A stretch of 64,000 nucleotides of DNA from Octopus sinensis (Eukaryota), in contig NC_042997.1 in assembly GCF_006345805.1 (NCBI RefSeq), positions 55,118,001 through 55,182,000 on the forward strand, given 5' to 3'. This document shows, one piece after another, positions 53,420 to 64,000 of the stretch. A program made the position numbers and the translations under genes. The notes below the pieces were generated by a model, which did no database searches, had not been told where the DNA came from, and saw nothing but the letters and a program-made list of their open reading frames with translations. Every line of letters starts with the position of its first letter. Positions within the stretch are counted from its first letter, which is position 1.

Positions 53420-53975
53420 CGTGGATACACTTTAAACTCGACATAATACTATGTTATTCGTTTTGAGAAAGCACGTGTAGATGTATAGCACTAGAAAGCA
53501 CTGCCATATCAGTACTGAACAAAAATGACGGGTTATTATGCCGTTCTTAATTATATCAACGGATATAATTATATCAAGGATACAGAGAGGGCTGCTCGGT
53601 ACTAATACTACTTTCGTTGCTAATAATTAACCCGTCAGCTATTAGTGACAGTTGTGACAGAATGGCGATTGTTTTACTATGTATTAGTACAGACGAAGTT
53701 TGGCTAGCGTACGGTTGTAGTGGACACCCACTGTTCATAAACCTCAAATACGCTGAAATCACGTAATCTAGCAGACCATCGCCGGTGTTGGACATTACTC
53801 AGTCTGTTACTGATATTTCTGTGCTTTTTAGCACTTTACGACATACTTTCTCAAGTCGGATACCGCAATACTATGGCGTTCGTGAAGTATAACCGCGTTA
53901 AGTAGCGTATAAACATTGTTGTTCGGTACTAATACTGCTTCCATCGCTAATAACTAATAACTAACAATAATAATA

Positions 53976-54034
<59 letters not shown>

Positions 54035-54083
54035 ATAATAATAACAATAGTAATAATAATAATGATGATAATATAATATTGAC

Positions 54084-54131
<48 letters not shown>

Positions 54132-54149
54132 TGAATAATAATAATAATA

Positions 54150-54195
<46 letters not shown>

Positions 54196-54829
54196 TAATA
54201 ATAATAATAATATAGCACTCTGCCCACTAGCTTAAATTATAAATATGAACCATTATGTACAATCGGATAATTATAATGGGCACCTAGATAAGAAATACTC
54301 GTTGGTATACATTTCCATACGTGGTAAATTTCTTTAAAGAGTCATTCAATGAAAATATATTGACGAACTGAGTACTAAATGAAATATTAAGTTCAATGTT
54401 ACCAGCTAAAACTCTTGAAAGCTGTGCCCAATCAACTAAAACCGAATTAAGTAGAAAAGATAAAATATTTTGCCTAGGAAATGTTTACTTGGACAATGGT
54501 AACCTAACCTTAGATTTTGTTCTCTTCCTCGAAAATGTAGCTACTATTTACACAATCTCAGTTTTTCCATAGTCCAAGAGAGGCACTAATCTCGAACTTC
54601 AGTAGAATGATAATTTTAACGCTGAAATGCTAACTTCTGGGAAGACATAATTGGGTGGAATATTTAGTTCTGGAACTAAAAACGCTGTCTTTGAAATGAT
54701 GCCATCTTTGATAGAGATTGAACTAGAAACTTTCGGGGGACCTTATTTCCCTGAACTGTGGTGTAGATCGGTCGGACATGAAGACCACCACTAGAACTTT
54801 CACTAAATCTATTTCAAACTGGGTTTCTC

Positions 54830-56200
54830 TCTTGCTAGTTAGTGGCTTATAGTATCCCTTTTCAGCTTCAGCTTTCGTTTCTCTTTACCCATATTCACAT
54901 TAAGTCATTCTGAGCTATCTCTGACATGTGTTTCGTCATCATTGTTGTTTTGCGACTTTTGATGCCGAGCTGATCCAGCAGTTGGTACACGGATGTTGCG
55001 ACACACCTTCGGCTGCCAACTTTCACTCTATCCTTCTTCTATGCAGCGCTGCCCCTCTTTTCTTAGTTCTTCCATAAGGTTATATTTCCTCACTTTACAT
55101 TCGTGTAGATCATCTATTCAGCTCTCAAGAGATTTTTGCTCGACCAAGATGATTCTGTCATCTGATTTCGGTCAAAGAACAATATTTAAATTTTGCACTG
55201 ATCAGAGCTACAAATTCTTTATAGTCCTGAAATTTTACACAAACCTTTGAAAGGCAGTTTTTACAGTGTTGATTATCTGAAATTCAAGATGTGTTTCATC
55301 CATTGATGGAAACGTAGGTGTTGAGTTGTGTGGAAGTGATTTGAGGTGGGATGGGAAGGAGGCTCTAAAAACTGGATAATCTATCTGCCAGTAATTAGAG
55401 GGCATGGAACATCGATACTTACAGCTCGGTTACGGCAATCACGGTGGGACATCGAGGATATCCAGTCATTACTCATTATTACTCAAGACATTTAATGCAG
55501 ATTAAATTCGAATAGTTTTCGCGCCAGTCTTAGACGTCTGTAGATATTCCCCATTCTACTTCAAGTCCAAGCAGATCTTGTCCTGGCACAATTTCATACC
55601 TGAGAAGTGTTGGGAACCCAAACCACTTCTTCCTTTCTGTTACAAACATCAGGGCTGAGTTCGTAGCTTCAGAGTGCATCTGGCCACTGACTGAACGGAC
55701 TAGCTCTTCTAGCTCTCTGCTATGTCTCCACGTGTAGCTACCACTGAAAAGGCTACCTTATTGGAACTAATCGCATGCTTCGTTGATATCCCAACTATGA
55801 CCAACCTGTCTTTGTCTTTGGCATAGTATATCAGCGACTAAATTATAACTCATGTGTACTTCGTTTTTTAAGGTAGCAGTGCATGACTAGAGGGACTTTG
55901 ACTGCTACTCTTACATACAGGCCTTCCAGTGAATCGAAATGGAAAGTCCTCAGATAATGAGGCCAGACATGATTAAGCCTCACAAAGCAATAATCATGAG
56001 CGTGATTGCCGATGTTTCTTTGGTATATGAATTGACTATTCTCTGATGATGATAATACAAAGTATTTACTAACTGTTTGGATAGAGTTGTGTTGTTTTGG
56101 TGGGGATAGCTTTCTAGAATGTTTATGTTTGTGTTTGTGTGCTTGCATATGTTTGTAGCCACACTTTTGTTCCTGAAACTGAATCAATATTCCAATGAAA
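54830..56200 (-). mobile_element. Decayed Hero/NeSL-like RLE LINE 3' part
   Basis: KHAISS.KVA..GSYTWRH, LR../DIVL*..RIILVE, ECKVRKY..EELRKEG, VKVGSRRCVATS..LLDQLGI match the YTWRH / RPDIVLW / VEVGCRG motifs; upper boundary approximate. Confidence 0.7.
55182..55495. repeat. ~310-bp direct repeat, copy 1 (interrupts the RLE motif)
   Basis: About 90% identical by eye to 56204-56517. Confidence 0.85.
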
Positions 56201-56203
56201 GAC

Positions 56204-56517
56204 TCATTTAAATTTTGCACTGATCAGAGCTACAATATCTTTATAGTCCTGAAATTTTACACAAACCTTTGAGAGGCAGATTTTACAGTGTTGATCATCT
56301 GAAATTCAAGATGAGTTTCATGCATTGATGGAAACTTAGGTGTTGAGTTTAGTGGAAGTGATCTGAGGTGGGATGGGATGGGGGCTCTAAAAACTGGATA
56401 ATCTATCTGCCAGTAATTAGAGGGCATGGAACATCGATACTTGCAGCCCGGTTACAGTAATCACGGTGGGACATCGAGGATATCCAGTCATTTCTCATAT
56501 TATTACTCAAAACATTA
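56204..56517. repeat. ~310-bp direct repeat, copy 2
   Basis: See copy 1; period ~1.02 kb. Confidence 0.85.
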
Positions 56518-57349
56518 TTCACGAGAGCAAAGTCTTACGAAAAGACCTCAGATTTATTAGCTAAGGACCATCGTCAGATGGCCTATGATGATAACAATGA
56601 TGATGATGATAATGATGATGGTGACTGTAGTGGTGGTGGTGATGGTAATGGTGGTGGAGGTTGTAGAGGTGGTGGTGATGATGGTAATGATGATGATGAT
56701 GATAATGGTGATGATGATGATGATGATGATGATGATGGTGTTGGGGGGGGGGTGTAGCTTGCGGGAGTGGTAATGATAATTATAATGATGAGGATGATGA
56801 TACTTGTGAAGGTAGAGACACAAGGTAAACTTACAAGAATAGAGCAGAAAGATATTGAAACCAGATTAAGTGGAAGTCTGGATTGTTAATGTCCATGCGA
56901 AAGAGATGTGGAGTATATGGAAACCCATATGCTAGAAATTGTAGTCTCAGTTATTGACCTCAACAACGACCTACCCCTGTTTCCTAAGGCATTCACTCAT
57001 CATTTTCATAATGGCACGTGTAGCAAGATATCCTATGTTGAATCAATGCAGAAGTCGAAAATTAAACTCTAAATAATATGAATAAATTATTGATTAATAT
57101 CTAAAATTTTACTAAAATAACATTTGGTGTGAAAGAAACACATGCATAGACGAACACGCACATTCAGATATATGCGCATGCATTATACAAACAAGCATAC
57201 GTACGTTAGCGAGAATATTCACTTATATAACACGCCACCATGAAGCCCCAGGTGGGCACATTAACACGCATGTCTACAAATAACCAGAGATAAGCGCTCA
57301 TTCTGTGTATGTATACATGGATCAACACACCTACAAATGCCTACACCTA

Positions 57350-57405
<56 letters not shown>

Positions 57406-57439
57406 GCCGCGCATAGTTATGCATATACATATATATATA

Positions 57440-57960
57440 TATAGGTAAACAGTAAAAATAATTACAGACATGGACAAGAACATGAAACACCACAGAGACG
57501 ACACAAGAACCACAGGACGGACATTCGAAGCCCTCAGTCATCAGTCAGAACCAGATCATCTTAGCAATTTCGGCTGATTAATCTTGAGATTGCTCCGATA
57601 TGGCCAGCCCGCCAAGGGAAATCTAAGCCAAGCGCATTAGATCCCCTGGAAGAAAGCTTCGAATGTATACAACACGAGGACGGAAAACGAACGAAGTACA
57701 CGAACAAAAATACAGAATACGTGACACCAATAAGAATACAAAAACGTAAAAACAATAACGGTAAAAATAAAAAATAAACAACAAAACAAAACCAGGACGT
57801 AGGACAAGGGTCTTTCGACAGGACGAGTTGAGTATGGGGCTGGCTTGTGAAGTTGTGCCTAATGGCCGCAGGGAGACGAACAAATACGTGTTGCTTCTGC
57901 GACTGCTGAAACGAAAAGAGCGCTCAACAGCGGCTAGCGGTCACGTGAGAACAAAAGACA
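57440..57960 (-). mobile_element. Probable PLE-type 3' UTR/terminus with degenerate hammerhead-like motif
   Basis: ctgatga-ctgagggcttc-gaatgtc (GAAA broken) followed by a T-rich tail into (TA)n. Confidence 0.35.
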
Positions 57961-58857
57961 GGAGAAAGGGACAGATGAAAAGAGAGAGAAGGTGGACGAG
58001 GGAGGAGAAGAAAGAGACAGATCGAGGGGGCTGGAGGTGAGAGAGATAGAGAAACGTAGAAGGGGGGGGGGAAGACGGATGGAGATGGAAAGAAAGGAAG
58101 GGGAATAAGGGAGGAGAGAGAGAGAAAGAGACAGATTAAGAGTCGTATCAATGCTATATATATATATACACTCATACATACATTTATATGAACGTATATA
58201 TGTATATATATATACATATATATATATGCATATGCATATATATACATATGAGCACATATGTGTATGTGTGCGTGTGCACGCGCTCATGGTGTGTGGGTGT
58301 GTGTATGTGTGTGCATATTCTCTTCTGTTTGTAATTATTTGAAGTCTTCCTGTTAAGGAGCTGGTTTCTAACAAAGATACGAAGCTCCATCTTTGGAATA
58401 ACGATAACATAAACAATGTCTCATTTTGATCATGAGCAAAGTCTTGCGTATTTTTACTGTTCCACTTATAAATTATATTTGTAATGTATGTGTTAACTGG
58501 CTGATCTCTTTTTAGAAAACCGTAGCTTTTCCAGATTGTTACTTAGGCATTGTTACTTAGGCATTTACTAACGAAACTAAAAAAGAGAGAAAGAAATTGA
58601 AAAAAGGGAATAAGAGGGAATAGGGAGACAGAATAAGAATGTATAATGATAGATGATCGAGGAAGATACAGTAAAATTCTTAACCCTAAAATTCCACCAC
58701 GTAACGGGTAACACGCTATTGTAAAGTTTCCCTTTGCATAATTCAGTCAATGCTCAAACATCGTCATTTTTGATGGATGTTACACTAGTAGACATGTTAT
58801 ACTAGTAGACATGTGCGTGTTTATCTACATTTATACATACATACATACATACATACA

Positions 58858-58889
<32 letters not shown>

Positions 58890-58909
58890 CATACATACAT
58901 ACATACATT

Positions 58910-59372
58910 ATTATTATGGCTGCCTCCTCGTTATCGAGTATGGCCATTGCACGAAGCTTCACTGTTACTGGTGCTGTGATCGAATGTGACTTTTTAGCCC
59001 AGCCAAAGATCTACAATGTCTTGTACAAAATTGGCAACTAAGACCTTTACTGGTAATAGCCGGCTGTAGTTGTAACTGGGCTTCATGTACCTTTGCATGT
59101 CGTTTAAGTCCTCCTGCCGAATTACACTCTCTTCCACATGCCCGACAGATATGATTAGTAAGGTGTGTTACACCACCACCAGTGGCCAGGTTGTCACTCA
59201 TCTGTCTTGTTTTATGACTACGAAGATGACTCATGAGTCCAGCTTTACTGAGGCAGGGTCTTGCACAGGCATTGCATGTCAGAATCAAAGGAAGACCCTT
59301 CCCTTCTGGAAGTGTAACAGCGATGCCCTTCCTGACATCCTTCCGTACTTTCTCATGTGCAACTCGAGATTT
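58910..59372 (-). mobile_element. RTE-clade LINE 3' end with three tandem C2H2 zinc fingers
   Basis: Open frame RKSRVAHEKVRKDVRK..CNACARPCLSKAGLMSHLRSH..CRACGRECNSAGGLKRHAKVH..CQFCTRHCRSLAGLKSHIRSQH*; short 3' UTR ending gccat(aat)n. Confidence 0.7.
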
Positions 59373-59885
59373 ACGGATGCGGTGGGATGTGATGAGATGT
59401 AATGGATGGTGGGGTTAGATTGTGTAGGGTGGGGTAACGAGGGAGGGGTGACGATGAAGGGATAGGGTTGGAGGGAGAAGGTGGGTAGAAGTGAAGAGAG
59501 GAAGTAGGTGTCAGAGCAAGAGAGGAGAGGTGGGAAGAAGTAGGCGTGAGAGGAAGAGAGGAGAGAGGAGGAGGGTTAGATGAAGAGGGGAGGAGAGTTG
59601 AGCCCATGTGGTGCAAAGAAGCGAAGAGAGAAGATTAATGCTGGTTCACGGCGAAGACGTGAATCCAGATGGCCCCTCTGCAAGAACAATCCGAATACAG
59701 ACAGGTGTTGTAACGAATGACAGGGTAGACCGGAAATGGCGCGAGACCGGAGCGAGTATGATGTCTCGGAGGTATTCCACGAACCTGCACTTCTAGCAAC
59801 GTCATCTGCATTTCCTGCTCTGTCTGTCCATCTCTATGCATTGGTCAAACAAGACGCCACTTGGCTGGCCGGTTCGTGGAATACC

Positions 59886-59985
59886 TATTTCTTTACTACC
59901 CACAAGGGGTTAAACACAGAGAGGACAAACAAGGACAGACAAACGGATTAAGTCGATTATATCGACCCCAGTGCGTAACTGGTAC
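59886..59985 (-). mobile_element. 3' 100 bp of the young SINE unit
   Basis: Matches 21451-21548. Confidence 0.85.
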
Positions 59986-60458
59986 CCCCACACAATCTAA
60001 CCCCACCATCCATTTACATCTCATCACATCCCACCGCATCCGTTAGACCTTCACCCTTGCTTCCCCCACTCTCACCTCCCCCACACCCCAACACCACCAC
60101 ATCACACAACACCGCACCACACCACACACGACCACACACCACAACACCATACCACACCACACCACACCAGATCACACCACCCCGCACACTGACCACTTCC
60201 CAGCACCCACACCATCATTCACACAACTACACATGCACACACGCACACGTCACGACAAAGTCACCAGCCCTCTTTCACACGCACATACACGCTCTCACAT
60301 ACACACGCACGCACACCTTCGATTTGGGATCACCACTACTTTATTATCTCCCTTCCTTCCTAGCTCTCCTGTGTGACCCCTCTGTCGGGCATTCGCAATG
60401 GTAGATCGCTAGCCACGAAACTTTTTTTAATTTTCTCTCCATGTTTATTTCTGCGTCC

Positions 60459-60494
60459 CTTTCTGTGGAAGAGCGTAGGGTCGAAATGTAAAAG
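60459..60494 (+). ncRNA. Hammerhead motif, CUGUGGA variant
   Basis: cttt-CTGTGGA-a-gagcgtagggtc-GAAA-tgta-aaag; same family as the array motif, more diverged. Confidence 0.45.
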
Positions 60495-60657
60495 ACTTTC
60501 ACACTTCCCGAACGTTGAACTAATACATCTGTTTGTTGTTTACGTACCCATCTTCGCCTTTTGCTTTTTGTTTTGTAAATTCTCACTACACACACACACA
60601 CACATATATATACCTATACATATATATACATATACATATACATACATATATATATAT

Positions 60658-60712
<55 letters not shown>

Positions 60713-60758
60713 CATATATATATATATATATAAATATGTATGTATGTATGTATGTATG

Positions 60759-60882
<124 letters not shown>

Positions 60883-60919
60883 TGTGTGTGTGTGTGTTTA
60901 CATTTATACAAAAACGTGT

Positions 60920-61695
60920 AGGATATCTTTGAAGACGTAAATAATGGCATTTCTGGTCACTATCCAATTAGCTAGGCTGTCATTTTTGGAGGTTTTCACT
61001 TGGATCTGTTTTCTAAACAAAAGACGCGGGTTGCAGATGGAGTAGAAGCAATTACCGATATTTACTACATTCTCAAACTTTTTAATTAGAGTGAGTCTCA
61101 ATTTTATATAACAGATGTCTTCAACGTAGAAATGGAAGTTAAGATCTACAAACATCTACAGTAAGAAGATTCTTTGACAAGTTGTTTTACTCCATTGAGA
61201 TCTGTATAAGTAAACCTATGATAACAGACAGTCATTCCAGCAGTGACAATTCTGCTTTAATTCCAGGAAGTGTATCTAAAACTGCGTTATATGACGAGTC
61301 CTTTCTCTGTTTTAAGACTGTAAGGTTCGTTTTGTCGGAAAACTTGGCTGCTATCAACATGAGGCTCCTTAGATGTCTCAGCTGATTGACAAGTTGAAAG
61401 AAATGATGATTTAGATGTGTAACCGCCGTAATAAGCCAGTCCTAAAGAGTTAGGATGGACAACGCTATTTTAAAAGAAGAGGATATATCGAACAGGCTCA
61501 GGCTCCGCCGATAGGTTGGTCCTGTCGGCAATTCTTTCTTACTTATTCGACTAGTTTCCGCCTCGCAAATTTCAGGCATTTTGTTTTTAATAGAAAGGAT
61601 TATTATTGTTTTACTTCTCAGAGCGCTCGATCTTGTTTGCTCTGGTTGATTCTGTGAAAGCGGAGAGTAAGCTGTTGTCAGAGGTCTCACAGGGT
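60920..61695 (-). mobile_element. Heavily decayed R4-like LINE, pre-RT and early RT region
   Basis: Remnants resembling KQFY..L.GG and DL..K..I.CL..ILTSI; abuts (TTA)n. Confidence 0.35.
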
Positions 61696-61700
61696 CTCTC

Positions 61701-61743
<43 letters not shown>

Positions 61744-61759
61744 GTTAGTATTATTATTA

Positions 61760-61821
<62 letters not shown>

Positions 61822-61879
61822 TATTATTATTATCATTATTATTATTATTATTATTGTTGTTAGTATTATTATTATTATT

Positions 61880-62467
61880 CAGTAGTTTTATTTTTATTTT
61901 TATAGCGTGCTTTCACTTCACTACCGAGCGCAGCTCTGTGTGCCTTGGGTATGTGCTGTGATTTGTTGTGATGCTCTGATGGTTATTGTATGGAAAGTGT
62001 TCTGCGTAGGATGTGTGCAGTGCCTAGTAGTGCAATTTTCTGTATGTTATATGTGTTTGTAAGTCCTGGTGTTTTTGTTATGTATTTGTCTGAATATTTT
62101 TTTATCATGCCTAATGCACCTACTATGATAGGAATTGTTTCTGTTTTCAGATTCCACATTCTAGTTACCTCTATTTCCAGGTCTTTGTATTTTGAAAGTT
62201 TCTCCATTTCTTTTAGAGACACGTTGTCATCTGCCGGTACTGATACATCAATTAGAAAGCATTTTTTTTCTTCATGGTCTCTGACAACTATATCTGGTCT
62301 GTTGGCCTTAATTTCTCTATCTGTGTGTATCGGCATATCCCAGACTATGGTTGCTTTCTCGTTTTCTGTGACCTTTTCTGGTGTGTGCCTATACCATCTT
62401 TTTTCTGTTGTTATTCCATAATGTTGGCATAGCTTCCAATGTATGTAAGTTCCAACTCTGTCATGTC
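61880..62467 (-). mobile_element. Third copy of the Dong-like element with intact RLE frame
   Basis: ORF 61983-62336 RPDIVVRDHEEKKCFLIDVSVPADDNVSLKEMEKLSKYKDL; same 3' UTR; (TTA)n on both flanks. Confidence 0.92.
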
Positions 62468-62501
62468 ATTATTATTATTATTATCATTATTATTATTATC
62501 A

Positions 62502-62595
<94 letters not shown>

Positions 62596-62724
62596 TTTAT
62601 CATCATCCTTATCATCATCATCATGATCATCATTATTGCTGTTGTTGTTGTTGTTGTTATTATTGTTGTTGTTATTGTTGTTATTATCATTATTATTATT
62701 AGTTTTATTATTATCATTGTTATT

Positions 62725-63270
62725 GAGTGAGAGAGCAATGCATGCTATCAAAGTGACGTTGGAGTAGAAATATACGGAGCCTAATATACCCATCATAACT
62801 ACCCGTCTGATAAGAGTACACCAAACACATGCATCACAGCCACATGCGACTTGGTGATCTCATATCAATATAAAAGGCGCATGACTTTGCAGGTGAGGTT
62901 CAGTTACAATTCTCTCCAGGTCGAGTAGCCCATCCCACCCAAAAGATCTCAGAATAAGGTTTGTTTTAGGATGATGAACGAAACACCGTGTTTCCATAGG
63001 TGAATTATTCAAACCCCACAAAATTCCTCTCAACACATGACTATGATGCTCCCCAACTACTCTTGCTCGTGATCAGAGATGCACATATCGTCAGTCAGCC
63101 AGCAAGCAACATGTTCAACTGGTTACGGTCAAACAACTGACAAGAAAATCTGTGTTGTTGAGCAGAATATTTGCTATAGCCCGTCTTTTATACCAAAACA
63201 AAACGTGTACATGATAACACCTCCAATAAGTTAAGATGAGAAGCGATGAGAGCCACTGGCTGGTACTGCA
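62725..63270 (-). mobile_element. ~550-bp non-coding retroposon ending in (AAT)n
   Basis: 3' end shared with the 44-bp fragment at 17647; no ORF; 5' boundary approximate. Confidence 0.5.
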
Positions 63271-64000
63271 TTATTATCTGTACTGGAAGGTTTTCTTTTT
63301 TAGATATTCTAAATAACTCCAACTAAATGAATGCACAGGTGAATGTATAGTCTGAAAAGAGGTTTATTGATACCAAACCAGATAAAAGAATGTCTAAACA
63401 AAGGTTTAGAACAAATTAAAACCAATCTTTGCCATCAAGAACAATGATACGAACTTAGTATAAGCAGTTTAAGGAAACCTGAAAAGCAGCTTTTGTTTAT
63501 AGTCTACACAAGTTAATAAGAATTGGACCACGAGAATTACAGATGTCCTGCATGACAGTGGATGATAGCTTGCGTAAAAATCTGAAGATGTCACAAATAC
63601 TGCAACAAATTACTCAAGAAGATAAGCTGTTACACAAGGATTTGTAATAACTGACTGAAAGAAACAAGAACTATGATTTCTGGCGGAGAAACACAATATG
63701 CACATTTAGAGGTTACAAAATCTACATTGCATGGAAGAACTAATTAAAGACAGTCCTAAACAGGATATATATTGTAACCTATCGCATGATCCTATGACTG
63801 GACATCTTTATGGTTGAGTGAATCAACAGTGATTTTTAGCACTATGTAGATACGTTGCATCATTGTCCATCTAAAACTGAAAGGATTGCAATAGCGCATA
63901 GTCTTTCGATAAGATTTCAGATCGCTACGTTCGGCTTTGATCGTCCTTGAATCCTTAAACAAGACACTTGTAAACAAGATGATGGTGCAATAACGCGTCC

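Larger units (their letters stand above)
59373..60590. mobile_element. Rearranged Neptune-type PLE 3' part
   Basis: Minus 59373-59785 (VSRHFRST..LIFSL..HGLN), plus 59786-59885 (CTSSNVI..IGQTRRHLAGRFVEYL), plus tail and terminus 59986-60590. Confidence 0.75.

Overview
Eukaryotic, AT-rich, extremely repeat-dense DNA. The SINE families and microsatellite load look like an octopus (coleoid cephalopod) genome; this is inferred from recalled repeat families, not proven here. No complete protein-coding gene is recognisable. Most listed ORFs are microsatellite artefacts or transposon remnants. The window contains: (1) restriction-like-endonuclease LINEs, namely a 5'-truncated R4/Dong-like element and two shorter copies, all embedded in (TAA)n, plus older R4-like and Hero/NeSL-like relics; (2) Tx1/L1-like, RTE-like and APE fragments; (3) three Penelope-like element (PLE) GIY-YIG remnants and many short PLE-type termini inserted in (TA)n; (4) a hAT MITE with a perfect 8-bp TSD containing a nested Helitron, a second Helitron, a deleted mariner and a nested pair of long-TIR foldback elements; (5) at least three tRNA-derived SINE families. 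The most striking signal is about a dozen minimal type I hammerhead ribozyme motifs. Eight lie in 44.1-46.5 kb, including a ~450-bp tandem array with one hammerhead per unit (retrozyme-like), whose core is consistently CUGUUGA rather than CUGANGA. A few weak, phase-compatible plus-strand exons may belong to a host gene. Phase slips in dinucleotide tracts and homopolymer indels suggest residual long-read error, so single-base indels should be treated cautiously. All folds, alignments and translations were done by eye.
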